Source: Actinomycetota bacterium
GTDB taxonomy: Bacteria > Actinomycetota > Actinomycetes > S36-B12 > UBA5976
DNA length: 64,000 nucleotides
Reading direction: 5' to 3'
Assembly (NCBI GenBank): GCA_009698575.1
Contig: WLPX01000002.1
Span: 8,790 to 72,789 of the forward strand
In this document: positions 18,733 to 27,724 of the stretch, piece after piece
Layout: each line of letters starts with the position of its first letter
Position numbering within the stretch: position 1 is the stretch's first letter
Made by a program: the position numbers and the translations under genes
Notes under the pieces: model-generated
Seen by the model: only the letters and a program-made list of their open reading frames with translations
What the model was told of the DNA's origin: nothing
Database searches by the model: none

Positions 18733-20052
18733 CTAGAGACTGCGAACGAATCGATCCATTACGCGCGCGCCGAACTTGAGTCCTTCAGTTGGAACCCGCT
18801 CATCAACACCATGGAACATCGCACTGAAATCCAACTCAGGTGGCAATAGCAGTGGCAAGAATCCGTAACAGGTAATCCCCAGAGTGCTAAATGCTTTAGC
18901 ATCTGTGCCACCACTGACTGTGTATGGCACTGGCGTACCGAACGGATCTTCGGCGCGAATCGCAGCAGCCATGGCATCAATGATTGGGCCTTCAAATGGA
19001 GCTTCGAGTGCAATCCCGTTTACGACATCTTCGAGTACTACGCCAGGTGGCAATAGATTCTCAATGTCTTTAATCAAGTCATCTTCGAAACCTGGTAAGA
19101 ATCTGCCATCGATCATGGCTTCGGCAGCACCAGGAATCACATTGTGCTTGTAGCCGGCATTCAACATAGTTGGATTTGCAGTATTGGATAACGTTGCACC
19201 GATAATCCGTGCAATTGGACCAAGTTGTGCCAATAGCTCTTCAGGATCTTCGGCGCTCAATTCCATACCAAGTGCATCAGATACCGCTTTGATAAAGTCG
19301 CGCACGGTTGGAGTTAGTGCCAAGTCAAATTTGTGATTGCCTACTGCAGCAACGGCTTCAGCCAATTTGGTTACGGCATTGTCGTTATTTAGAAATGAGC
19401 CGTGCCCAGCAGTTCCTTCAGCCTTCATTTTCATCCAGCGAATCCCTTTTTCAGCGGTCTGCACCAGGTATAGACGCACATCATCGCGAAGTGTTAGCGA
19501 AAATCCACCGACTTCACCTACGGCCTGCGTGACACCTCGGTATAGCTCTGGACGATGCTCAACTAACCAACCAGAACCATGTTCACTGCCAGCTTCCTCG
19601 TCCGGCAGAAAATCTAAAACAATCGTTCGATCCGGTTGCACTCCATTGCGAGCCCACGATCGCGCAAGCGCCAGAATCATGCCATCGCCATCTTTCATGT
19701 CGACAGCGCCACGACCCCAGATCATGGCATCGTGTACTTCAGCTGCAAATGGATGGTAAGTCCAATCCTTTGCTTCAGCTGGAACCACGTCGAGATGTCC
19801 GTGAATTAACAGCGCTGGCTTACTCGGATCTTTACCTTCAATCCGGGCGTGCACACCTTGGCGCTTGCTACTGGTGGTTTCATACCGCTCACAATCAATA
19901 CCAACTTCTTTGAGTTTGGCTTCGACATATTCGGCGGCCAGAGCTTCGCCGGGTCCGCTGCCATCGCCATAGTTAGACGTATCGATTTGAATCAGATCGC
20001 GTACTAGTTCTACAACTTCGGAATCAACATCAGCAAGCGGTTCAATTGTCAT
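18733..20052 (-). CDS. M20/M25/M40 family metallo-hydrolase
   Basis: HGHLDVVP, WGRGAVDMK, DEEAG, GGTDAK, FHGVDER; start placed at ATG 20052. Confidence 0.93.
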   Translation of the reverse strand: MTIEPLADVDSEVVELVRDLIQIDTSNYGDGSGPGEALAAEYVEAKLKEVGIDCERYETTSSKRQGVHARIEGKDPSKPALLIHGHLDVVPAEAKDWTYHPFAAEVHDAMIWGRGAVDMKDGDGMILALARSWARNGVQPDRTIVLDFLPDEEAGSEHGSGWLVEHRPELYRGVTQAVGEVGGFSLTLRDDVRLYLVQTAEKGIRWMKMKAEGTAGHGSFLNNDNAVTKLAEAVAAVGNHKFDLALTPTVRDFIKAVSDALGMELSAEDPEELLAQLGPIARIIGATLSNTANPTMLNAGYKHNVIPGAAEAMIDGRFLPGFEDDLIKDIENLLPPGVVLEDVVNGIALEAPFEGPIIDAMAAAIRAEDPFGTPVPYTVSGGTDAKAFSTLGITCYGFLPLLLPPELDFSAMFHGVDERVPTEGLKFGARVMDRFVRSL

Positions 20053-20102
20053 GTGGTTAGTCTTTCGCAAACGCTGGCAAATTAACAGTACGTTGGGCGC
20101 AT

Positions 20103-20132
20103 TTGAGCCAGATACTGATTTGCAGGTATTCT
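20103..20132 (+). promoter_or_regulatory. Putative housekeeping-sigma promoter of tRNA-Leu
   Basis: TTGAGC (20103-08), 18-nt spacer, TATTCT (20127-32), ending 28 nt before the tRNA. Confidence 0.55.
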
Positions 20133-20160
20133 TACGGGGCTGAGAACACTCAGCACACCG

Positions 20161-20244
20161 GTCCGAGTGGCGGAATTGGCAGACGCGCTAGCTTGAGGTG
20201 TTAGTCCCTTCACAGGGATGGGGGTTCAAGTCCCCCCTCGGACA
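20161..20244 (+). tRNA. tRNA-Leu(GAG)
   Basis: Acceptor stem GTCCGAG/CTCGGAC, D arm TGGCGGAATTGGCAGACGC, anticodon arm CTAGC-TTGAGGT-GTTAG, long variable arm, GGTTCAAGTCC; discriminator A; CCA not encoded. Confidence 0.96.
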
Positions 20245-20286
20245 CATAAGGCTGCGATTCGGCGCAGCAGTTTTAGTGAGGTGGCT

Positions 20287-21180
20287 ATGGCAATCCCAAA
20301 GGTCATCCTCTACTACGGTTTCACTCCGATCACCGATCCCGCCGCATTGCGACTTTGGCAATATGACCTCTGCGAACTGTTGGGATTGACAGGTCGAATA
20401 ATCATTTCTGAACATGGCATTAATGGAACTCTGGGCGGTGACATTGATTCACTCAAGAAGTACATTCGCAAAACGAAGGCGTATCCAGGATTCAACAAGA
20501 TTGACTTCAAATGGTCCGAAGGTACCGGTCACGATTTCCCCAAATTGACCGTGCGAGTTCGTGATGAAGTTGTATCTTTCGGTGCACCTAACGAGCTGAA
20601 AGTTGATGAGAACGGAATAGTAGGCGGTGGCATACACCTCTCGCCTAGTCAAGTTAATGAATTAGTCGAAGCTCGCGGTGATGAAGTTGTTTTCTTTGAT
20701 GGCCGCAATGCTTATGAAGCCCGAGTGGGCAAGTTTCGTAACGCCATAGTGCCTGATGTTGAGACCACACGGGATTTTGTTTCCGAATTTGAAAGTGGAA
20801 AATACGACCACTTAAAGACCAAGCCGATAGTTACATATTGCACGGGCGGCATTAGATGCGAAGTGTTGTCTGCAGTGATGAAAAGTCGTGGATTCGAAGA
20901 GGTCTACCAGCTCGAGGGTGGCATCGTGCGTTACGGCGAACAATTCGGTGACGATGGACTTTGGGATGGTTCGCTGTATATATTCGACAACCGAATGAGT
21001 ATGGAATTCTCGGACCATACCAAAGTGCTCAGTAACTGTGATGACTGCGGCAAACCAACTAGAGACTTTTACAACCGACACGAATCTCAAGGAAGAAAAC
21101 TTGCCTTACTGTGTCAAGAATGTGCAACTAATTCAGGTGCAACTAAGCCCGATACTGGCGACGCAGATCTAGCGGGCTAA
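20287..21180 (+). CDS. trhO: Rhodanese-domain tRNA uridine(34) hydroxylase (TrhO/YceA, UPF0176)
   Basis: [20 protein letters not shown]...[28 protein letters not shown]; GAGGTGG SD before ATG 20287. Confidence 0.88.
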   Translation: MAIPKVILYYGFTPITDPAALRLWQYDLCELLGLTGRIIISEHGINGTLGGDIDSLKKYIRKTKAYPGFNKIDFKWSEGTGHDFPKLTVRVRDEVVSFGAPNELKVDENGIVGGGIHLSPSQVNELVEARGDEVVFFDGRNAYEARVGKFRNAIVPDVETTRDFVSEFESGKYDHLKTKPIVTYCTGGIRCEVLSAVMKSRGFEEVYQLEGGIVRYGEQFGDDGLWDGSLYIFDNRMSMEFSDHTKVLSNCDDCGKPTRDFYNRHESQGRKLALLCQECATNSGATKPDTGDADLAG

Positions 21181-21184
21181 TTCA

Positions 21185-21571
21185 TTAGCTGATAGCTGCT
21201 ATTACATCAATCTCAAGTAGCAGGCCCGGAATCGCCAATGCCGTTACTTCGACGGTGGTATCAGCAGGATACGGCTTAGAAAAATACTTTTCCCGACATT
21301 CGATAATGGTTGGAAAATGGCTCATGTCGGTCATGTAGATGTTGACTTTGAAAACCTTAGACAAATCACTACCTGCCGCTGCTAACACTGTCTTTAGATT
21401 CGCAAAAACCTGATGCGCTTGGGCATCGAAATCATTTTCACCAACAATCGATCCATCTGCTCCGAGTGCGGCCTGGCCCGATACATAAACAATGCCGTTG
21501 TGTACGGTTGCCTGCGAGTAATGAAATGGTGAGTCCCAACTGTAGGGACTATCAATGCCAGTGTGTTTCAT
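21185..21571 (-). CDS. Rid (YjgF/YER057c/UK114) family protein lacking the catalytic Arg
   Basis: YSQA, VYVSGQ, NL..VL.AAGS, PADTTVEVTAL, LEID. Confidence 0.9.
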   Translation of the reverse strand: MKHTGIDSPYSWDSPFHYSQATVHNGIVYVSGQAALGADGSIVGENDFDAQAHQVFANLKTVLAAAGSDLSKVFKVNIYMTDMSHFPTIIECREKYFSKPYPADTTVEVTALAIPGLLLEIDVIAAIS

Positions 21572-21645
21572 TGTTTCTCCTCAACTCGGAAGTTATGCCG
21601 ATCCTGCCACAGAATCAAATGAGGGTTGGCTGTTTCCGCAATAAT

Positions 21646-22557
21646 TTAGAGAGTAACTGGGCCAGACTTCTCTAGCGCCCGAAGGTTCGCAATCCGATCT
21701 TCGATGGCTGGATGCGTTGCGAACAGCTTTGAAGTCATGCGGCTATCCAGTGGCGATTCGATCCAAAGGTGCGCCATTGCATTTGATTTTTGATGCACCA
21801 CAGTGCTGTCAGCTGCCAAGGTCTCAAGTGCTCGCCTTAAACCTGTTGGGTTGCGAGTAAACGCGACTGCCGTGGCATCTGCGAGGGCCTCGCGCTTGCG
21901 AGAAATGGCCGCTTTTAGCAAGACCGCCGCAATTGGGGCTAGTAAGGCTGCTACTAGGGCAGCCACCATTACAAACGGATTTGCTCCGTCATTATTGTCT
22001 CGCCTACCACCTCCGAACAAACTGATGCGAATCAAGAAATCACTAAGCAATGCGATAGCACCCGCGGTTGTCGCAGCAACTGCAGATACCAAAGTGTCGC
22101 GATTAGCTACGTGCGCTAATTCGTGAGCCGCAACTCCTTGTAGTTGTTCGCGGTCCATAACTTGCAAGATTCCAGTTGTAAATGCGATTACGGCGTGCTC
22201 AGGATCGCGACCCGTTGCAAAGGCATTTGGCGCTGCGTCTTCAACTATGGCTACCTTTGGCATTGGGAGCCCAGAAGCAATAGTGATTTCTTGTACGAGG
22301 TTGAAAAGTTGCGGCGCACTATCGTGATCGATTAACTTGGCGCCGGTCATACTAAGCACAATTTTGTCTGAGGAATAGTAAGAACCCCAAACACCAATCA
22401 GTGAAATTCCGATTGCGAATGGAATGACTCCCAGGCTTGCGTAACCCAAGTACAGTGCCACGGCATAAATGACAAAAGCAGTGAGGCTACCCATCACACC
22501 TAATAGCAAGAGCGTCTTTAACTTATTGCTCTTTTGCTGCTCACGGAAGTTTGACAA
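21646..22557 (-). CDS. htpX: M48 family membrane zinc metalloprotease HtpX-like
   Basis: PNAFATG, HELAH zinc motif, SRKREALAD, FATHP. Confidence 0.9.
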   Translation of the reverse strand: MSNFREQQKSNKLKTLLLLGVMGSLTAFVIYAVALYLGYASLGVIPFAIGISLIGVWGSYYSSDKIVLSMTGAKLIDHDSAPQLFNLVQEITIASGLPMPKVAIVEDAAPNAFATGRDPEHAVIAFTTGILQVMDREQLQGVAAHELAHVANRDTLVSAVAATTAGAIALLSDFLIRISLFGGGRRDNNDGANPFVMVAALVAALLAPIAAVLLKAAISRKREALADATAVAFTRNPTGLRRALETLAADSTVVHQKSNAMAHLWIESPLDSRMTSKLFATHPAIEDRIANLRALEKSGPVTL

Positions 22558-22565
22558 GTTCGCTC

Positions 22566-23123
22566 TTAGTTAAAGGAAACGTTGGGAACGACGCGCTTAC
22601 CTGGATCATCGACCACATAAAATTCGCGTTCCTTAACATTGGCTGGTCCAGCAAAGAACTTTCCTGGAATGGCGACGATTGCCTCGTTCAGTGAACGTAC
22701 GTTGTCGTTGTAATACTGGCGAGCAAAGCCAACCTTATTTTCGGTGCCAGAAAGTTCTTCTTGCAATGACAGAAAATTAGCTGAGGCCTTTAGATCTGGA
22801 TATGCTTCGGCTACTGCTAGCAACCCGCGTAACGCTTGAGTCAACATGCCATCTGCTTCGGCTACCGCAGCTACACCTTGCGCGGCAGTAGCCTGTGCTC
22901 GAGCTTGGACGACCTTTTCAAAAGTATCCTTCTCGTGAGCGGCATATCCCTTCACGGTTTCAACCAAGTTAGGAATCAAATCTCCGCGACGCTGTAGTTG
23001 CACTTCGATTTGGGCAAAACCTTCATCGACAGCGACATTAAGTCGGACTAACTTGTTGTACTGCGCGATGCCAATCACAACGAGTAGCGCGACAATGCCA
23101 AGGATTACGTATAGAGGTGTCAT
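22566..23123 (-). CDS. lemA: LemA family protein
   Basis: N-terminal TM, QLQRRGDLIPNLVETVKGYAAHE, EAYPDLKA, TENKV..ARQYYN; usual lemA-htpX pair. Confidence 0.95.
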   Translation of the reverse strand: MTPLYVILGIVALLVVIGIAQYNKLVRLNVAVDEGFAQIEVQLQRRGDLIPNLVETVKGYAAHEKDTFEKVVQARAQATAAQGVAAVAEADGMLTQALRGLLAVAEAYPDLKASANFLSLQEELSGTENKVGFARQYYNDNVRSLNEAIVAIPGKFFAGPANVKEREFYVVDDPGKRVVPNVSFN

Positions 23124-23151
23124 AGCTAAATATTACCCAGATCGAGCGTCC

Positions 23152-23598
23152 TTAAACCAGACTTGCTCGATGGTCCTCATCATGAGTCAGAATTTGGATA
23201 ATCAGCGCTGATACATCAATTTTTCCAAAAGTCTCGTGTTTGGCGGTGGCATTCCACTGCTCCGCACTCAAATCCTTAATAGCTGTCACAAGTGTGGTGC
23301 GCGTGGCCATAGCTATGGCCGCCACGTCCTGTAATGGTTGAGCTTGAAACTTCGCTTGCGTCTTTGTCGCATCTGGCTCCCACCAAGTGAACTCGGGTGG
23401 TGACTGTCCATCTGTCTGCGCCTGACACATCTGCTCAATCCGCGGGATCCAAACTTGCTCGTCTACTTGTGAGATGTGTCCCAGTACGACTTGCGGTGCC
23501 CACTCCCCGGGAATCGGCGTGGCACTTTCGGCCGTTCTGATCATTCGATCAATAGACATAATCAGTTCTGCTAAGAGAACTGCCGGTGGCGTGGTCAC
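23152..23598 (-). CDS. DinB-like (DinB_2) family protein
   Basis: GEW....VLGH, H..FG, HDEDH giving the His triad of the DinB/YfiT fold. Confidence 0.8.
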   Translation of the reverse strand: MTTPPAVLLAELIMSIDRMIRTAESATPIPGEWAPQVVLGHISQVDEQVWIPRIEQMCQAQTDGQSPPEFTWWEPDATKTQAKFQAQPLQDVAAIAMATRTTLVTAIKDLSAEQWNATAKHETFGKIDVSALIIQILTHDEDHRASLV

Positions 23599-23631
23599 AA
23601 CACAATTCTGTCGTACTGGAACGATCCATGG

Positions 23632-24405
23632 CTATTTCGGAAGGATCGTGTCTTGGCATTCTGAAGTGCTTAACACCTTGAGCATTGCTACTTTCTCAGA
23701 TGCAGTTACGTATAGCTGATACTTAATCTTGACGGCTACTTGGCGAGCGATGAAGTTACATCGTCCCGGCTTGTAGGGCGGTAGCCAGCTGGCAGCATTG
23801 GAGTCACTCTTTTTCTGATTTAGAGATGCAATAGTCACTACAAGATTTAACGGATCGTTTGCGTATTGCTCCCGTTTATCAGCGCTCCACATATCCGCAC
23901 CCATCTCCCAAGCATTCTTGAGCGCAACTACATGATCAATCTGAGCCCCGCTTGGCTGCTCCAGGAATGTATAGGACTCATTGGAATATGGATCGGTCCA
24001 AGTACCACCGATAACTTTGCAGTTTCCAGAGGCCAACACCACTGTCGTGAAGTCACGTTGCAAAATGTCGTTCCTGGTATCACAGCCATTGTGATCGACA
24101 TCTTTCCACGCAGAACCAAACTGGTCACGTGAATAACCCGTACTTGCTGCGCGTCCTCGTTCCATGAGAGTTTGCGCAATCTGGACCGCCGTTGATTCTG
24201 TTGTGTTGACTGGATCAGTAACCTGCGGAGCTGGCAAAGTTGTTGTTGCAACTGGTGACGCTTCCGGTGTTGTCGAAGGAGCAAGTGAAACTACAGATGG
24301 CATTGTGGGTTGCGGTACTGCTGGCTCAACAACGTTTGTGCTGCCACATGATCTAAAGAAGATGATTGCGAGAACGAGCAATAGTAATGGCGTTATGCGT
24401 TTCAC
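23632..24405 (-). CDS. Secreted/anchored HNH endonuclease (DUF1524-like)
   Basis: Hydrophobic N-terminus, Pro/Thr linker, GYSRDQFG..W.DVD.NGCDTRNDIL.RD, QIDHVVAL, NDPLNL, N..KSD..A..WLP. Confidence 0.85.
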   Translation of the reverse strand: MKRITPLLLLVLAIIFFRSCGSTNVVEPAVPQPTMPSVVSLAPSTTPEASPVATTTLPAPQVTDPVNTTESTAVQIAQTLMERGRAASTGYSRDQFGSAWKDVDHNGCDTRNDILQRDFTTVVLASGNCKVIGGTWTDPYSNESYTFLEQPSGAQIDHVVALKNAWEMGADMWSADKREQYANDPLNLVVTIASLNQKKSDSNAASWLPPYKPGRCNFIARQVAVKIKYQLYVTASEKVAMLKVLSTSECQDTILPK

Positions 24406-25067
24406 CAGTTGATCACCTGATGTCCGTCTGCTGCCAGCATGGCATTTGCTGCACTAAACGGTTTAGAACCAAAGAAGCCACGGTGTGCACTTAGTGGACT
24501 CGGGTGAGCTGAAGAAATAATGCGATCTGGATTGAACAAGTGTGAATAGTTTCGCGCCGCTCTCCCCCAAAGGATTGCTACGACATTTGGATTGTGCTCG
24601 GTTACTGATTTCAGGATTTGATTCACAACTGGCGACCAAGGCCAAGCGGCATGTGCTGCGCTTTGGGCATGCGTTGTTGATAGCGAAGTGTTGAGCAACA
24701 AGACTCCTTGACTTGCCCAAGACTTCAAATCTGGTGAGGATTGCGCTGCGGTGCCCAAGTCGGAATCAATTTCTTTGAAAATATTTCGCAGAGAACTAGG
24801 TAAGGGCGAAGTAGCTGCAGGCACAGCAAATGCTAAACCAATTGCATGTGCCGAGTTAGGGTACGGATCTTGTCCAAGAATTACGATTCGGACTTGGCTT
24901 GGTCCCGTTTGCAATGAGTTAAAAATCAGCTCTTGAATCGGAACGATTTGGTCTCCAAAGTCAGCCGCAGTGTCTAAGAGCTGATCGAGTTCCAACAAAG
25001 TTTGTTGCACTGGGGACAAAGCATCTTGCCAAGTCTTTGGCACGAATTCCCAGAGCGAACTCAACAT
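24402..25067 (-). CDS. ung: Uracil-DNA glycosylase family 1
   Basis: GQDPYP, SLRNIFKE, QGVLLLN, HPSPLSAHRGFFGS.PFS. Confidence 0.95.
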   Translation of the reverse strand: MLSSLWEFVPKTWQDALSPVQQTLLELDQLLDTAADFGDQIVPIQELIFNSLQTGPSQVRIVILGQDPYPNSAHAIGLAFAVPAATSPLPSSLRNIFKEIDSDLGTAAQSSPDLKSWASQGVLLLNTSLSTTHAQSAAHAAWPWSPVVNQILKSVTEHNPNVVAILWGRAARNYSHLFNPDRIISSAHPSPLSAHRGFFGSKPFSAANAMLAADGHQVINW

Positions 25068-25070
25068 GGT

Positions 25071-25946
25071 TTAAACCAGGCTTGGTGCCCATTCACCAGC
25101 TTGTGCAACTAGGTCATGCAACGTGTCAACGCCGTCTGCTTCTAGCTGGGCCAACGGACCGCGAGTGGCAGCACATGGCACACCAAGAAGTCCCATAAGT
25201 GCCTTGGTCTTGGCAATGTAGCGACCTGACTCGATGTGTGTGAGCAACGGCAGAACTGCAGCATGAGCAGCCTCGCGGGTGTCTGGATTCATAATTCCAA
25301 AGTGTGCCTTTGGCAACGCATTGGCCATGCCACCAATCCAGCTAGTTACCCCAGCGTTGGCAAATGTCGGACTATCTGCATCGGCGCCACACACTATTTC
25401 AATTCGCTTGGCGTAACGCTTAGTTAGCATCGGAATTCGATCTAGATCACCAGATGCTTCCTTGATTCCAATTACGAATTCATTGTCAGCTAATAGATCA
25501 AGCGTTTCTTCATCAAACGGCACTCCAGTACGTGCTGGATAGTCATACAAAACTGTCGGTATTTTCGCTGCGGCAATAACTGTCGTAACGTGCGTGGCTA
25601 ATTCAGTAGCGGTAGGTAGAACATAAGCTGGAGCTGCAACCATCAGGCCGTCGCATTTGAGTTCTACTGCTAGTTGCGCTTGCTTAACAGCTTCCTTGGT
25701 AGACATGCCACCAACGCCTGCTAGAACTGGAACTCTGCCATTTACTTGCTTGCGGATCGTGTCAATAACCGTCTGTCGCTCTTCGAACGATAAGGCATAG
25801 GCCTCGCCAGTTGTACCGGCAGCAACAATGCCTGAGAGTCCGTTAGCTAACATCACTTCCACAAGATGAGCGATGCTTTTGGTATCAACAACGCCGCTGC
25901 TGTCAAAAGGTGTGATGAGCGGTACGTGTACGCCACTGAGGTCCAC
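25071..25946 (-). CDS. Dihydrodipicolinate synthase (DapA/NAL) family protein, probably not canonical DapA
   Basis: ITPF, GTTGE, YDYPARTG, GIKEASG (Schiff-base Lys); AGGAG SD before GTG. Confidence 0.85.
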   Translation of the reverse strand: MDLSGVHVPLITPFDSSGVVDTKSIAHLVEVMLANGLSGIVAAGTTGEAYALSFEERQTVIDTIRKQVNGRVPVLAGVGGMSTKEAVKQAQLAVELKCDGLMVAAPAYVLPTATELATHVTTVIAAAKIPTVLYDYPARTGVPFDEETLDLLADNEFVIGIKEASGDLDRIPMLTKRYAKRIEIVCGADADSPTFANAGVTSWIGGMANALPKAHFGIMNPDTREAAHAAVLPLLTHIESGRYIAKTKALMGLLGVPCAATRGPLAQLEADGVDTLHDLVAQAGEWAPSLV

Positions 25947-25973
25947 TATGTCTCCTAGCTTGTATTCTTAAAT

Positions 25974-26669
25974 GTGCAGTCACCAATCTACTCGCAAGGT
26001 CATGGCGAGCCGTCACACCCACACATTCGTACGTTTCACGCCCGTGGCGGGCGGATGTCAGCAAAACGAGAATTCGCGTTAAAGCAGTACCTGCCGCACT
26101 TAGAGATTTCTCAGTTAGAGCGCCCGATCGACCTGTGCCACGTGCTTGCCCGAGATGAAATCGTAATTGATCTTGGTTCTGGAATGGGTGATCACACCAC
26201 TCAACTTGCGGCTGATAATACGCATCTTGGCGTACTGGCGATTGATGTACACACAGTTGGACTTTGCGAATTGTCCGAATTTGTGGCAATCAACAAGCTT
26301 GAAAATGTCCGAACGCATCACGGTGACGGCTTGGATGTGCTCAACGGTTGGTTACTGCCTGAATCGATCTCCGAGGTACACATCCTGTTCCCGGATCCTT
26401 GGCCAAAAGCTCGACACCATAAACGTCGCTTACTGCAACCCAATGTTGTAGAAAAAATCATTCAAGTTTTAAGACCTGGCGGCGTATTGCGCTTCGTCAC
26501 AGACGATGCAAACTACTACGAACATGCGATGGAAATCCTGTGCGCTAATCAAAGTTTGATTCAGGACGCATCAGCCTGGGATGTTCCCTTGACTACTTAC
26601 CATCGTCGTGCACTGCGATTAGGAAACGTAATTAACAGTATTAGCTTTCGCAAACTAGCGAGCAGCTAG
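25974..26669 (+). CDS. trmB: tRNA (guanine46-N7)-methyltransferase
   Basis: IRTFHARGGRM, DLGSGMG, FPDPWPKARHHKRRL, L.PGG.L...TD. Confidence 0.93.
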   Translation: MQSPIYSQGHGEPSHPHIRTFHARGGRMSAKREFALKQYLPHLEISQLERPIDLCHVLARDEIVIDLGSGMGDHTTQLAADNTHLGVLAIDVHTVGLCELSEFVAINKLENVRTHHGDGLDVLNGWLLPESISEVHILFPDPWPKARHHKRRLLQPNVVEKIIQVLRPGGVLRFVTDDANYYEHAMEILCANQSLIQDASAWDVPLTTYHRRALRLGNVINSISFRKLASS

Positions 26670-27128
26670 CACTTCCTCGATTTTTCCTCGGATAGTCTCC
26701 CAAGTCGAAGCAAAACCGGGATGCAAATCTAAATTTGAAACCTTAGCTAACTCGATCCAGTCAGCTAGTTCAGCCTCTTCATTAGTTTGAAAAGTTGTTT
26801 CACCAGGAAGCAGTGCAATCACAGTGTGGTAATGCCAGTCCGTATGGTCGGTCCACATGTGATCGTGAATTACGGTTACTGAATCTGGATGAATAGAAAG
26901 TTCCTCATACATCTCGCGTAACGCCGATTCAACTGCATTCTCATGTGAATCTCTAGCTCCACCTGGAATCCCCCAGACTCGGCCACCGTGTGTCCATTCC
27001 GCACGAAGCTGCATAAGTACCGACGTAGTTTCTGGATCAATTAGGACTATGCCCGCTGCCCCGTGTTTACCCCAATGCTTGGAGCCACAGCGACATTCAA
27101 CCCAGCCGTCACCGTCACGTTCTGCCAT
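26655..27128 (-). CDS. Nudix hydrolase
   Basis: GDGWVEC.CG..HWG..GAAG; Nudix box GGARDSHENAVESALREMYEEL; LHPGFA; start placed at ATG 27128. Confidence 0.88.
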   Translation of the reverse strand: MAERDGDGWVECRCGSKHWGKHGAAGIVLIDPETTSVLMQLRAEWTHGGRVWGIPGGARDSHENAVESALREMYEELSIHPDSVTVIHDHMWTDHTDWHYHTVIALLPGETTFQTNEEAELADWIELAKVSNLDLHPGFASTWETIRGKIEEVLAAR

Positions 27129-27141
27129 ATTCGAACGCGCC

Positions 27142-27678
27142 TTACGAAAGTGCGCCAGCGTGCGCAAGCGCTAGCTGTACCAATAGATCTTGCCCACCGG
27201 TCATCTCGGCACGAACATTTTGAGAAATAGCTTCCGCTGGCGTTAACCAAACTAGATCCAGAGCATCTTGGCTTGGTGCACAATCGCCCTTTACGGGAAC
27301 GACATAGACAAGTGAAACGGCATGTTGGCGTGGGTCATGGAAACCCGAGACTTCTGGATCTGGAAAATACTCCGCCACAGTAAACGGCGCGGGGTTGGTC
27401 GGAATTTGTGGCAGCGCTACCCCGCCTAAGTCCTTTTCAATGTGGCGCAATAACGCATCTCTAATTCGCTCGCCATATAAAACTCGCCCGGAGATTACGG
27501 CTCTACTAATTGAGCCATCTGGTCTACCTCGCAGTAGCAGACCGATTTTGGTAACTCGCCCTGCTTCATCCACTCGAACCGGAATCGCATCAACATAGAC
27601 AATCGGCAATCGCGCTCTAGCTTGTTCCAGTTCTGCATCCCCTAGCCAGGCAGAAAGCACGTCTGTAATGTCAGTCAC
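27142..27678 (-). CDS. DUF4916 / Nudix-like protein
   Basis: LPIVYVDAIPVRVD, SGRVLYGERIRDALLRHIEKDLG, HDPRQHAVSL. Confidence 0.8.
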   Translation of the reverse strand: MTDITDVLSAWLGDAELEQARARLPIVYVDAIPVRVDEAGRVTKIGLLLRGRPDGSISRAVISGRVLYGERIRDALLRHIEKDLGGVALPQIPTNPAPFTVAEYFPDPEVSGFHDPRQHAVSLVYVVPVKGDCAPSQDALDLVWLTPAEAISQNVRAEMTGGQDLLVQLALAHAGALS

Positions 27679-27724
27679 CCGTTCATTATGTCAAGAACTC
27701 CAAGGTGTCGCTCATGAGTTGGAC

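Noticed and set aside
20218-20286. ORF-track N-terminal extension of trhO
   Set aside because: Starts inside tRNA-Leu; the SD-supported start is ATG 20287.
23632-24405. HNH protein as a restriction, toxin or homing nuclease
   Set aside because: It has an export-type N-terminus, no methylase or immunity partner and no intron/intein context.
27129-27148. GTTCGA half-site upstream of the Nudix gene as an SOS box
   Set aside because: The other half (CGTAAG) does not match TCGAAC.
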